Numbered from the stretch's first letter, positions 18,524-28,189 are shown. The stretch is DNA of 64,000 bases from an uncultured Thermoplasmatales archaeon (GCA_964514975.1 CAZESS010000002.1:32001-96000); one strand, 5' to 3'. The notes: a model not told the origin generated them from the letters alone. Numbers and translations are program-made.

Positions 18524-18574
18524 CGCCTATATTTCCTCCCATTCTTTGAGGATGCTCTGCCAGTTGAACTCCTC
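18518..18574. repeat. 57-bp direct repeat, copy 2
   Basis: Matches 16971-17027; spans the antitoxin stop codon and the last codons of the EamA-RAM gene. Confidence 0.95.
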
Positions 18575-19756
18575 GACGGCCGGGATGGCCTCCAGGCGGC
18601 GGATGATCCGCTCGTAGCCCTTGCCCAATGTCCGGATGCGTATCTTGGCCATCATGTCATATTCGCCGGCCAGCGCCGACACCGATGCCACACCGCGGAT
18701 ACGCCAGATCTCGTCGAGCAGCTCGGCCATCCGGTAGCCAGGTCTTGCATTGATGAACACATAGGCCTTGACCTCGGTCAGCGCAAACGAGGACACGCCC
18801 AGGATGACCAAGGTGATGCCCATGAGCTTGAACGCGAGCAGCGACGGCGACGCCGAAAACGAAAAATCAAGCACGCCGGACAGCGCCAGCGACAGCGGGA
18901 TGCTGAAAATAATCGTCGACGCCTTGACCGCCTGGGTGATGCTGGCCTTGCCGATGCCCAGCGCCCGGATGTACAGGATGTATGAAAAAAAGATGACGGC
19001 CATCGTGGCAGCCAGCCGGGGAAACGTGTCGCCGACGGTTGCCAGTGCCTGATGGAAAAAGGCGGGCCGGTAGAGGTAGACCGCCACGGTGATCATCCCC
19101 GCCGTGAACAAAACGTTCCATGTCCTGATGTTGACGGCGTCGTTCGGCCGGTCGTCGACGACTAAATGTTTGAGCTTTCGCTGGTAGACCGCCAAAACGA
19201 CCCATGCCGGGTTCATCACCAGAAAGATGACGAGCAATGCATCGACGTTCAGCGAGCCGGTCAGCGACATCGCCGCCATGATGGCGCCGAAGGTCACGAT
19301 GACCGATGACTCTATCTCGGCCAGCGTCGGCGCGTCTTTTTCCGACAGCGACTCCGCGACCAGCAGATACAAAATGACGATCTGGAAAAACGGGAGCACC
19401 GTCGACGGGTCAACAAACACCGATACCAGATAAAAATGCGACAATGTTACCACGGTGTTGCCAAGCCCCGCGAGCACATGGTACCCGAGCTCATGCCGGC
19501 GGAGCATACGCAGCCGGCGGAACGAGGGATCAACCCGGGCGCCCAGGCTCCGGCCCTTCCAGGGCAGCGAGAGCACGCCGGCGATGGTCAGCGTGACCGG
19601 TATCCCGGCCACCATGACCGCCATCCCGAACACCCATGAGTTCTCTATGTAGAGATGAGAAATGATGCCGTCCAGCGACGCAGAAATGGCGCCCAGCACC
19701 GAGGAGACCAGGAGCAGCACGTAGAACAGGTATTTTTTCCTGATGCGAAGGTTCAT
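18527..19756 (-). CDS. EamA/DMT-type membrane transporter with C-terminal Lrp/AsnC ligand-binding (RAM) domain
   Basis: About 10 hydrophobic segments, then VKAYVFINARPG...I.GV.SV..LAGEYDMMAKI. Confidence 0.75.
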   Translation of the reverse strand: MNLRIRKKYLFYVLLLVSSVLGAISASLDGIISHLYIENSWVFGMAVMVAGIPVTLTIAGVLSLPWKGRSLGARVDPSFRRLRMLRRHELGYHVLAGLGNTVVTLSHFYLVSVFVDPSTVLPFFQIVILYLLVAESLSEKDAPTLAEIESSVIVTFGAIMAAMSLTGSLNVDALLVIFLVMNPAWVVLAVYQRKLKHLVVDDRPNDAVNIRTWNVLFTAGMITVAVYLYRPAFFHQALATVGDTFPRLAATMAVIFFSYILYIRALGIGKASITQAVKASTIIFSIPLSLALSGVLDFSFSASPSLLAFKLMGITLVILGVSSFALTEVKAYVFINARPGYRMAELLDEIWRIRGVASVSALAGEYDMMAKIRIRTLGKGYERIIRRLEAIPAVEEFNWQSILKEWEEI

Positions 19757-19995
19757 ACTGCTATCTCTTTCTCGATCACCGTCGTCGTCGTCCGCTTGAT
19801 GTTGCCGACCATCTGGATACGGTCGGTGATCTCCATCAGCTCCTCCAGCGACTCGACGGCGACCTTGACGATGACGTCGTAGTCGCCCGCGGTGACCGCG
19901 ATGCTCTCGATGTTGTCGATGCCCCGCAGCTTGCTGAGCACCTCCTCGAGCTTGCCGACATAGACCAGGATCATGATATAGGCCTTTATCACCAT
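19753..19995 (-). CDS. stand-alone Lrp/AsnC ligand-binding domain protein
   Basis: KAYIMI.V..GK...TAGDYDVIVKV...I..V..IKRTTT; no HTH. Confidence 0.9.
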   Translation of the reverse strand: MVIKAYIMILVYVGKLEEVLSKLRGIDNIESIAVTAGDYDVIVKVAVESLEELMEITDRIQMVGNIKRTTTTVIEKEIAV

Positions 19996-20363
19996 AGACA
20001 CCTCGGCATGGTATAGCCCGCGGTATTTAAAACATTGCCCGGTTTTTCAAGGCTCCGGTGCAAGCAGGTCCGCCAGCTCAATCGTCCGATACGGCACCAT
20101 GCATGGATGCCCCGGACATACGGGGCGTAGCGGTCGCGAAGCAGAGCTGCCTCCTGTCGGCCATGGTCGTACCATGACGATGCCGTGATATGTGTTACCG
20201 GAGCCCCGGTGTCTGCCTCGCCGTGGGTTTCCGGGGTATAGGGGACAGGACTGCCGGATGGCTCGCGGTCATCCCGGCATTGCCAGGCGGGCTGCTGCAT
20301 CGTGGCCAGCGGCATGAGGAGCATTAATAGGATGGCGGCCACGACGACGTGTCTATGGCGCAT
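19989..20363 (-). CDS. hypothetical protein with signal-like N-terminus
   Basis: MRHRHVVVAAILLMLLMPLA; rest unrecognised. Confidence 0.3.
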   Translation of the reverse strand: MRHRHVVVAAILLMLLMPLATMQQPAWQCRDDREPSGSPVPYTPETHGEADTGAPVTHITASSWYDHGRQEAALLRDRYAPYVRGIHAWCRIGRLSWRTCLHRSLEKPGNVLNTAGYTMPRCLW

Positions 20364-20497
20364 GGACACCTGTTTCCATCCCGGGCATTCAATGTGGTGG
20401 ACGCCACCGTGGTTATAACCGTTGCCGGTGCAGGTATGATACGGAGCCTGCCCTGGATGCGACACATATTTAAACGATTGTGGTTTATTTGGGAACG

Positions 20498-21118
20498 ATG
20501 ATACATCCCCGGTGGAAGGAAGCCGAGTTCGAGGAAATCGAGTACGAGCCGACCAGCATCAAGGAACTGCTCGTGGAGATGAAAAACATCTCCGAGCTCA
20601 TGATCGACCTTGCCTACTCGGCCATCTTGTTCAACAGCGAGGAGATCGCCGAGGAGGTCAAATATCTCGAAGTCCAGATGGACAAGCTCAACTACCACAT
20701 GCGCATCATGGCGATGCTCGCCGCCCGCGACAAGGAGGACGCTGAGCAGCTGGCGGGCATCCTGCAGATGAGCGAAGCAGCCACCGCGATATCCGACGCG
20801 GCGGGGGACATCGTCAAGCTGCTGTCGGTCAAGCTGTCGAGCCCCCTGCTGCCACGGCTGCTCCGCGAATCCGCCGAGATGATACGACGGATGACCATCA
20901 CCTCCGAGTCGAAGGCCATCGGCCACCGGATACCCGAGCTCCATGTCGCCTCCGAGACAGGCGTCCGCATCGTCGCGCTCCGCCGGGGAAAACACTGGCT
21001 GTACAATCCCGAGGATGTCACCCTGCGGGAGGACGATGTGGTCATCGGTGTCGGCCCCGAGGAGGGGCTCGCGCAGCTCGAAGATTTTTTCAGGGGGGAT
21101 GAGGAGGGGCTGGAATGA
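20498..21118 (+). CDS. PhoU-like + TrkA-C (RCK_C) domain protein
   Basis: EMKNISELMIDLAYSA, ISDAA.DI, ETGVRIVALRRG. Confidence 0.85.
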   Translation: MIHPRWKEAEFEEIEYEPTSIKELLVEMKNISELMIDLAYSAILFNSEEIAEEVKYLEVQMDKLNYHMRIMAMLAARDKEDAEQLAGILQMSEAATAISDAAGDIVKLLSVKLSSPLLPRLLRESAEMIRRMTITSESKAIGHRIPELHVASETGVRIVALRRGKHWLYNPEDVTLREDDVVIGVGPEEGLAQLEDFFRGDEEGLE

Positions 21119-21696
21119 GCGAGCAGGAGGCCCAGGAAATGCTCAGGGACATGAAGGAAAAAGCTGCCTTCATGGTCGACCTTGCCTATTCATCGGTTCT
21201 CTACGACAACCGTGACCTGGCTGAGGAGGTCTACGAGCTCGAGGAATTCGTCGACGATCTCAACGACCGGTTTCAGCAGATGGCCATCCGGGATGTGAAA
21301 ACCGACGAGCTGGACGTCAGCGAGGCACTGTCGATGATACAGCTCGCGATGTGCTCGGAGATGATCGCCGATGGCGCCCGTGCGATCGCCGACGTGCAGC
21401 TCCGGGATGTCGAGCTGCATCCCATCGTCAGGGAGAGCATCATGGAGTCAAACGAGGTGTTCGTCCGCGCCACCATCGACCCGTCGTCGGTGCTGGCCGG
21501 CCGGTCGCTCGGGGAAATGGAGCTGGCCTCGGAAACCGGGATGTGGGTCATCGCTCTCAAGCGAGCCGGCAGGTGGACCTACGACATCGGCAGGGACACC
21601 CTGCTCCAGCCCGATGACGTGGTTCTCGCTCGTGGCGCCCGCGAGGGCATGGAGCATTTCCGGGCGCTTACCACTGGCGTCGACCGGGAGATATAG
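21115..21696 (+). CDS. PhoU-like + TrkA-C domain protein (paralog)
   Basis: MVDLAYSSVLY, EMIADGA..IAD, ETGMWVIALKR. Confidence 0.85.
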   Translation: MSEQEAQEMLRDMKEKAAFMVDLAYSSVLYDNRDLAEEVYELEEFVDDLNDRFQQMAIRDVKTDELDVSEALSMIQLAMCSEMIADGARAIADVQLRDVELHPIVRESIMESNEVFVRATIDPSSVLAGRSLGEMELASETGMWVIALKRAGRWTYDIGRDTLLQPDDVVLARGAREGMEHFRALTTGVDREI

Positions 21697-21699
21697 GGG

Positions 21700-22986
21700 T
21701 TACAGGCCGTATTTGAAAATCCATGCCATGTAGCCGTCGTCGCCGACATTGCCCACCGCTCCGGCGTTGATCTCCATGACGCCGTCGTTGTCCATGTCGC
21801 CGACCGAGGTAACCGCGAGCATCCCGTAGGTATCCTCAATGACGTGCTCTTCCTCATAGGTTTCGCCGTTCCACCCAAGGATGTGGACCAGGTCGGTGCC
21901 GACGCAGACCTCGGCGCTGCCGTCACCGTCGACGTCGCCGATGTCGATGGCCTCGATGGTGTCCATCTCCCGCTGCCAGACCCGGTCCCATTTTTGCTGG
22001 TAGCCGGTGCCGTTCCATTCCCATATCTGGAGCTCGGGGTGCCGGAAGGTGATGTGTATCTCCGGCCGGCCATCGTCGTCGCTGTCCTTGGATACCAGAC
22101 CGAACACGTGATGGTCGAACTCGGCTATCTCCGTCGCGACGAAGCCGTCGCCTGTCCAGTCGAGCACGACGCCGCGGTGGCCCGGCCCGACAACGGTTTC
22201 GTTGTCGCCGTCGTCGTCCACGTCGGCAATCCAGGGGAAAAACACGGAGCCGCCGCTGGGGTCGCTCCACGATGCCTCTTTCACAAACTCGTCGCCGTTC
22301 CACCCCAGGGCGATGACCTCAGGCACGCCGCGGTAGCCGCCGGTCACGATGATTTCGTTGTCGCCATCGTTGTCATAGTCGCCGACCACGCAGTCCAGGG
22401 TGGTGCCCGACTGCCCCTCGTTTTCGTCGACGATGATGTAGCGGCCCATCAGCGTGTAGCGCCAGCCGTTCCATTCAAAGGCCGAGAAATGGTTGCCCCA
22501 TGCCACGCCGATCTCGTTGTCGCCATCGTTGTCCAGGTCGGCGATGGAGAAGCCGGTGGCGGAGCCAAAGGGCTGGGGTACCCGGTGGTAGTCGCCGAAC
22601 AGGTTGAGCCAGACGCCGTAGCCGATGCCGAACACCGGGTCCACGATTTTCTGCTGCTCGTAATATGTTCCCGATGCCATGTCGTATTTCATGACCCGCA
22701 TGAACGGGTCGCGGCCGCCGATGAGCAGCTCATTTTTCCCGTCGTTGTCAGCGTCGCCGACAGGCTGCGGGCCCTCGTAGCGGGCGCTCCACTGCGGCCA
22801 TGGACCATAGTCCCGCTGCCATTGCACCCCGTAGGTGTCATCTACCCCTGATGGTACAGGAGCGCCATCGCCGTTGTGATGCAGCGCTGCTGCATCGTCC
22901 TGCTGCGTGGTTGCGGGCAGTGACAGCACAACGGCGTTCAATGCAAATAGGAGGAGTACGGCCAGCGTGACTGCTTTTCCTTTCAT
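21700..22986 (-). CDS. secreted FG-GAP/VCBS-repeat beta-propeller protein
   Basis: Signal peptide MKGKAVTLAVLLLFAL; seven DxDxDGxxE repeats. Confidence 0.85.
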   Translation of the reverse strand: MKGKAVTLAVLLLFALNAVVLSLPATTQQDDAAALHHNGDGAPVPSGVDDTYGVQWQRDYGPWPQWSARYEGPQPVGDADNDGKNELLIGGRDPFMRVMKYDMASGTYYEQQKIVDPVFGIGYGVWLNLFGDYHRVPQPFGSATGFSIADLDNDGDNEIGVAWGNHFSAFEWNGWRYTLMGRYIIVDENEGQSGTTLDCVVGDYDNDGDNEIIVTGGYRGVPEVIALGWNGDEFVKEASWSDPSGGSVFFPWIADVDDDGDNETVVGPGHRGVVLDWTGDGFVATEIAEFDHHVFGLVSKDSDDDGRPEIHITFRHPELQIWEWNGTGYQQKWDRVWQREMDTIEAIDIGDVDGDGSAEVCVGTDLVHILGWNGETYEEEHVIEDTYGMLAVTSVGDMDNDGVMEINAGAVGNVGDDGYMAWIFKYGL

Positions 22987-23069
22987 GGTAACAGGGAATG
23001 CGATGGCCAAATTATAACGTTTATGCTGGGGCTGCCATCGCTGCACCGTCAAAATCGTGCAAGATGAGA

Positions 23070-23366
23070 GGGAGTGAGGTGTAGGCCGTAACCCCCCTTC
23101 TGTTCTAGGCGGCATTCACCTTGGCGTCCCACCTCCGAGCGGTCCCGAACAACCGATCCCGGTATTTGGACTTGCTCCAGGATGGGGGCCGTTTCACCAG
23201 ATCCCGCCGCAGCGTCATCCCCGCGGGAGTCATCCTCGCGGCGGGCTGTGTCGTTTCTGCTCCCCCATACGGGACTCTCGCCCCGGCTGTTACACACCTG
23301 GTTCGGGAACGAGGGAGGAGTTTCCTCAGCGCGAAGCCGTGAGCCGCGCACCTACTCCTCACTCCC
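23070..23366 (-). ncRNA. rnpB: archaeal RNase P RNA
   Basis: P1 GGGAGTGAGG/CCTCACTCCC, GAGGAAACTCC (CR-I), GCAGAAA, GGTGAAACGG, GAGCAAG, AACAGAAGGGGGGTTA (CR-V). Confidence 0.92.
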
Positions 23367-23401
23367 GTCGAAGGATAGCCACAGGGATATAAATGCTTTG
23401 T

Positions 23402-23671
23402 TCACCGCCTGCGCCGGAGTCGCTCGTATTCCCGCTCGGCTATCCGGTCGACGAAGCCGTGGCCCATGAAGGCCTCCATGAAATGCGCGGCGATGCCGAT
23501 ACCCCACCCGAACAATGGGAAAACAAACCAGGGGAAGCCGCCGCCGGTCGCCTACCACAATACCGCCAGGAAGGCGTTGACCGCCAGGTAGACCGCGAGA
23601 TGCACATAAAAATCGGCCTTCCGCTTGGCTCGCTCACGCGCCACACGACGGAGCTCCTCCTCGCTTTCCAT
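23402..23671 (-). pseudogene. 2TM-domain membrane protein with an in-frame TAG
   Basis: MESEEELRR...FYVHLAVYLAVNAFLAVLW*ATGGGFPWFVFPLFGWGIGIAAH...EREYERLRRRR; TAG at 23552-23554. Confidence 0.8.
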
Positions 23672-23743
23672 ACACCGGCAACGAAGCTTTTTATAAAAAC
23701 CTGCTGCTGCCAACGTTTTTAAAATCACTGGGCTTTCCCCGCT

Positions 23744-24418
23744 ATGAAGGAACAAAAGCGCATCGCATCCCATGCAGCCGTCCGCTACATCGAAAACGGC
23801 ATGCGCGTCGGCCTGGGCACCGGGTCAACCGTCCGTTATGCAATCGAACGGCTCGGCGAACACATGGAGCAGGGACTCGACATCGTCGGCGTTGCCACCT
23901 CAAAGGAGACGGAACAACGAGCCCGGCAGGCCGGTATACCGCTCCAGGAGCTCGACGAACGATCCATTGACGTAACCATCGACGGTGCCGACCAGGTCGA
24001 CCCATCATTGCAGCTCATCAAGGGCGGCGGCGGGGCCCTGCTCCGGGAAAAAATGGTCGCCGACCGCACGCAGCGGGAAATCATCGTCGTCGACGAGTCC
24101 AAGCTCGTGGAATCGTTCACGTTTCCTCTGCCCATAGAAGTCGTGCGATATGGATGGAAAAGCATTGCCGCCCGCCTCCGGGAGCAGGGGCTCGAGCCAG
24201 AGATGCGCCGGGACTACGAGACGGACAACGGCAACCCGGTCCTGGACTGCTCCTATGATGAGCTCGGCGACCTGCATCGCCTGGCTGCCACGCTGAGCGG
24301 CATCCCCGGCGTCGTGGAGCACGGCCTGTTCCTTGACCTCGCCAGCATGGTCATCGTGGGCACCCCGGATGGAGCGAAAACTATTAGAAGGAAGCAGGGT
24401 ATGGCACACACACCATGA
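23744..24418 (+). CDS. rpiA: ribose-5-phosphate isomerase A
   Basis: GLGTGST, DGADQVD, IKGGGGALLREK, TDNGN, GVVEHGLF. Confidence 0.97.
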   Translation: MKEQKRIASHAAVRYIENGMRVGLGTGSTVRYAIERLGEHMEQGLDIVGVATSKETEQRARQAGIPLQELDERSIDVTIDGADQVDPSLQLIKGGGGALLREKMVADRTQREIIVVDESKLVESFTFPLPIEVVRYGWKSIAARLREQGLEPEMRRDYETDNGNPVLDCSYDELGDLHRLAATLSGIPGVVEHGLFLDLASMVIVGTPDGAKTIRRKQGMAHTP

Positions 24419-25710
24419 CCATCATGCAGGAGGCGCAGCGCGGCGTTGTCACCGACGAGATCGAAGCGGTTGCCAGGGCGGAGCAACTCGATCCAGATAT
24501 GGTGCGGCGGCGGGTCGCATCCGGCAGGGTCGTCATTCCCTGCAACCCCTCCCATGCGCCGCGGGCGCTCGGCATCGGCACGGGGCTGCGCGTCAAGGTC
24601 AACGCAAACATCGGCACCAGCCGCGAGCACTGCAAGCCCGACGAGGAGCTGGACAAGGCACGGGCGGCGCTCGACACCAAGGCCGACGCGATCATGGACC
24701 TGTCCACCGGGGGCGACCTTGATGCATTGCGCCGGCGGCTGCTCGACCTCGTCGACGTTCCGTTTGGCACGGTGCCCGTCTACCAGGCTGCCCTCGATGC
24801 AATCGACCGCCGGGGCGCCATCGTCGACATGACCTCTGATGACATCTTCAACGCGTTTCGCCGCCATGCCGAGCAGGGCGTGGATTTCACGGTGGCGCAT
24901 GTCGGCGTCACCAGGCAGAGCGTGGAACGGCTGAGGCGGCAGCGGCGCCTCATCCCCATGGTGAGCCGTGGCGGCGCGTTCCACATGGCATGGACTTTGC
25001 ACAACGACAGGGAGAACCCGCTGTACGAGGAGTTCGACTATCTGCTTGAGATTGCCGGCGAGCACGACCTGACGTTGAGCCTGGGTGACGGCATGCGCTC
25101 CGGCGCCCTCTACGATTCCAACGACCGGGCGAAGTTCCAGGAGCTGCTCATCATCGGCGAGCTCGTCGAGCGCGCCCGCGAGGTCGGCGTCCAGAGCATG
25201 GTCGAGGGGCCCGGCCACATGCCGCTTTCGGACATCGAGCCCAACATCCGGGTGATGAAAAACGTGACGGGCGGGGCGCCCTATTTCGTGCTCGGCCCGC
25301 TGGTGACCGACATCGCGCCGGGCTACGACCATTTCGTCGGGGGCATCGGCGGCGCCATCGCGGGCTACCACGGCGCCGACTTTTTGTGCTATGTTACGCC
25401 TGCCGAGCATCTGTCGCTACCCGACGCGGATGACGTCCGGCAGGGTGTCATCGCCTCGCGCATCGCCGCGCATGCCGCCAACCTCGCCCGGGGAATTGAC
25501 CGGGATGTTGACCAGCAGTTTTCACGGGCGCGGAACGAGCTCGACTGGGACAAGATGTTCGAGCTGTGTATCGACCCCGAGCGGGCGAAGCAGTACCGGC
25601 GGCGGCGTGAGCCCACGGAGGACCCGCGCTCCTGTTCTATGTGCGGGCGGCTGTGCGCCATCGAGATGGTCGAGCAGTACCTCAAGGACGAGGGGAAAAA
25701 ACATAAATAG
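24415..25710 (+). CDS. thiC: phosphomethylpyrimidine synthase ThiC
   Basis: KVNANIGTS, MDLSTGG, SRGG, EGPGH, CYVTPAEH, CSMCGxxC. Confidence 0.95.
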   Translation: MTIMQEAQRGVVTDEIEAVARAEQLDPDMVRRRVASGRVVIPCNPSHAPRALGIGTGLRVKVNANIGTSREHCKPDEELDKARAALDTKADAIMDLSTGGDLDALRRRLLDLVDVPFGTVPVYQAALDAIDRRGAIVDMTSDDIFNAFRRHAEQGVDFTVAHVGVTRQSVERLRRQRRLIPMVSRGGAFHMAWTLHNDRENPLYEEFDYLLEIAGEHDLTLSLGDGMRSGALYDSNDRAKFQELLIIGELVERAREVGVQSMVEGPGHMPLSDIEPNIRVMKNVTGGAPYFVLGPLVTDIAPGYDHFVGGIGGAIAGYHGADFLCYVTPAEHLSLPDADDVRQGVIASRIAAHAANLARGIDRDVDQQFSRARNELDWDKMFELCIDPERAKQYRRRREPTEDPRSCSMCGRLCAIEMVEQYLKDEGKKHK

Positions 25711-25736
25711 CGGGCTACCATACCCACAGTGAAAAT

Positions 25737-25907
25737 ATGGTTACTGTCGAAGAGGAACTCTGTCGGATAGAGATCGTGAAGGAGGGGAGCGAGTTCATCG
25801 CCAGGGCGCACACCCAGGCCGGCACCCGTGAGTACCGCAACACCATTTTTGAGGACATGCTCCGCGAGCTGGTCATCGACCTTCAGGAAGAGTTCGGAGA
25901 ATTCTGA
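25737..25907 (+). CDS. small acidic hypothetical protein (56 aa)
   Basis: Not in the ORF track: MVTVEEELCRIEIVKEGSEFIARAHTQAGTREYRNTIFEDMLRELVIDLQEEFGEF; fills the thiC-pop5 gap with host-like codons. Confidence 0.7.
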   Translation: MVTVEEELCRIEIVKEGSEFIARAHTQAGTREYRNTIFEDMLRELVIDLQEEFGEF

Positions 25908-25910
25908 GAC

Positions 25911-26204
25911 ATGATAAAGGACCGGGTGGGCCGGCAGCGCTATATTTTGTTTTCCGTTCAGGGTGATGCGTCACGCCGTGATGTCATCCGGGCTATCAAC
26001 GACGCTCATCACTCCATCGATGCCAGGGGGGAGGCACCGTGGCTGACCGTGTACACCGGCAGCTATGGCATCGTCCGCTGCAGCCATACCCGAAAAATGG
26101 AGACCATCCGGCTGCTCAACGACATCTCCAATGATTTTTCGCTGTCGACGGTGCAGACGTCGGGGACCATCAAAACGCTCAAAAAGCAGATAGCAGCTCA
26201 GTAG
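25911..26204 (+). CDS. rnp2: RNase P protein component Pop5/Rpp14 family
   Basis: R.RYI.F, GIVRCSH, TSGTIK.L. Confidence 0.85.
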   Translation: MIKDRVGRQRYILFSVQGDASRRDVIRAINDAHHSIDARGEAPWLTVYTGSYGIVRCSHTRKMETIRLLNDISNDFSLSTVQTSGTIKTLKKQIAAQ

Positions 26205-27592
26205 CTTTTCGCGAGGCGGAGCCAGTGTGCTGCCTTTGCGTCGCAGATGGCGCAGGCCCCCCCGCATGACTGTTCGGGTATCGGCGTGCCCAGCGATTTC
26301 ATGCCCGTCTGTTCCTCCATCTCCAGGCCGCACTGTTCGCTGCCGCACCATGGCACCTCGATGATGCCGTCGCGCTGCTCGAGATGGTCGAGCCTTGCCA
26401 TGTTGCCGTCCATGAATGATTGTGCTTGCGAGGCGATGCGCTCGTCGTATGCTTCAAGCTTCTCCGGTATCGCGTCGATGCTGTCGCGTTCCACCTGTGC
26501 TTTTTCGCCGTCCCTCGCTGCCAGGGTGACCACGTTGTTTTTGATGTCGCGGGGGCCGATCTCTATGCGGAGCGGAACGCCCTTGAGCTCCCAGGTGTAG
26601 AACTTGCTGCCCGGCGTCTCATCCCGCGTGTCGAGGTGGACCCTGATGCTGAGCGCTTCGAGCTCCTGCTGGACGGTGCGGCATTCCTCGAGCACCTGTT
26701 CCTCCTCTCCCTTGAAAATGATGGGGACGATGACGGCCTGGATGGGCGCGATGCTGGATGGCAGGGCGATGCCGTTGTCGTCGCCGTGCATGCCCACGAT
26801 GGCGCCGAGCACCCGTTCGGACATGCCGTAGGTGGTCTGATGGCAGTGCCGGTGCTCGCCCTGCTCGTCCTCGTAGGTGATGTCGAAGGGACGGGAAAAG
26901 TTTTCCCGGTATTGATGGATGGAGGCAACCTGGAGCACCCGCCTGGAGGGCATCAAAACGTCGACGCCGATCGAGTAATGGGCGCCGGCGAACTTGTCCC
27001 AGTCGGGACGCCGGCTCATCAGATAGGGCAGGCAGAGCGCGTCCAGAAACCGCTCGGCGATGGCGAGGTCCTCCTGCACCTGCGCCTCTGCTGCCTCGTA
27101 GCTGCGGTGGCATGTATGTGCTTCAAAAAAATGGATCTCGCGGACGCGGATGAAGGCCTTGGTCATCTTGGTTTCGTAGCGGAACGTGTTGACGATCTGG
27201 TATGTTTTCAGGGGCAGGTCGGCGTGGCTTCGTATCCACAGGGCGAAGATGGTGTACAGCGCCGTCTCCGACGTTGGGCGGAGCAGCAGCCGTTCGTCGA
27301 GCTCGTTGTCCCCGGCATGGGTGACCCAGAAGACCTCGGAGCCAAAGCCCGCAATGTGGTCGGCCTCTTTCTGGAAAAGCGTTTCGGGGACGAGCAATGG
27401 AAAGTTGACCTCCTGGTGACCGGTGGCACGCATCTCCCGCCGGATGTGTTCGTCGATGTTGCGCATGGCCTCCCAGCCGTAGGGACGCCAGATGTTCATG
27501 CCCTTGACCGGGTAGCGCTTGTCGCAGAGCTCGGCCGCCTCGACGACCTCGTTGTACCATTCGTCGAAATCATCGCTTTTTGTGATGTCCAT
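26198..27592 (-). CDS. proS: proline--tRNA ligase (archaeal type)
   Basis: RYPVKG, LRPTSE, FRYETK, FFEAHT, ELKGVPLRIEIGPRD, C-terminal AKSY. Confidence 0.97.
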   Translation of the reverse strand: MDITKSDDFDEWYNEVVEAAELCDKRYPVKGMNIWRPYGWEAMRNIDEHIRREMRATGHQEVNFPLLVPETLFQKEADHIAGFGSEVFWVTHAGDNELDERLLLRPTSETALYTIFALWIRSHADLPLKTYQIVNTFRYETKMTKAFIRVREIHFFEAHTCHRSYEAAEAQVQEDLAIAERFLDALCLPYLMSRRPDWDKFAGAHYSIGVDVLMPSRRVLQVASIHQYRENFSRPFDITYEDEQGEHRHCHQTTYGMSERVLGAIVGMHGDDNGIALPSSIAPIQAVIVPIIFKGEEEQVLEECRTVQQELEALSIRVHLDTRDETPGSKFYTWELKGVPLRIEIGPRDIKNNVVTLAARDGEKAQVERDSIDAIPEKLEAYDERIASQAQSFMDGNMARLDHLEQRDGIIEVPWCGSEQCGLEMEEQTGMKSLGTPIPEQSCGGACAICDAKAAHWLRLAKSY

Positions 27593-27652
27593 CGGTGTGA
27601 AATGTCGTTCGTTTATTAAAGCTGACGGTTCTGTGCCAGCCGGGCGGAAAGA

Positions 27653-27880
27653 TTACTGGGGAAGCAGGTTGTGGTAGAGGCACTGGAGGGACGGCGCGGA
27701 TGGCGGGGTGCCATCGTCGATGGACAGGCGGTAGATATGGGTGTCGCTGGTGCACCAGGCGTCGCCGGTCAGCTCTTTCAGGAAATCCGCATGCTCCGGT
27801 GTGACCTCGAGCTCGATTTTTTTCCTGGCGCCCTGGGCGTTGATGGGGATTTTTTCGATGGTGACGTTAACGGCTGGCAT
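27653..27880 (-). CDS. hypothetical protein
   Basis: 75 aa ORF overlapping the upstream small ORF. Confidence 0.45.
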   Translation of the reverse strand: MPAVNVTIEKIPINAQGARKKIELEVTPEHADFLKELTGDAWCTSDTHIYRLSIDDGTPPSAPSLQCLYHNLLPQ

Positions 27881-28073
27881 GTGGCGCACCGCCGTTTCCG
27901 TCGTATCCGTTCCCGTTCCATTCGGGGTAGAGCAGGCGCTCGAGCACGTTGTAGAGCTCGGTTTTCCGCCGCTGGGAGCGGGCTTCCCGCATGTAGCCGG
28001 CGACGAGCTGGGCCAGCTCTATCTGTGCTTCCGCATCCTTTCCGACCGTTTTTATGAGATTATGGCATTCCAT
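27867..28073 (-). CDS. hypothetical protein
   Basis: 68 aa ORF preceded by GGAGGTG Shine-Dalgarno (28081-28087). Confidence 0.55.
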   Translation of the reverse strand: MECHNLIKTVGKDAEAQIELAQLVAGYMREARSQRRKTELYNVLERLLYPEWNGNGYDGNGGAPHASR

Positions 28074-28189
28074 GCTGGTTCACCTCCACACTGGCTCCCG
28101 CCAGTGTCTCAGCAAAATGCTAACTTCAGTAACATATAAATAGCTATGCCACATATATTTGTAACAAAATAGAGTTATATGGTGATAAA

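Noticed and set aside
23552-23554. Genome-wide TAG recoding to pyrrolysine
   Set aside because: TAG terminates many conserved genes here at their expected ends (tautomerase, thiC, dph5, hydA, hypE).
24380-24415. TPP riboswitch before thiC
   Set aside because: thiC overlaps the rpiA stop, leaving no leader, and no CUGAGA motif is present.
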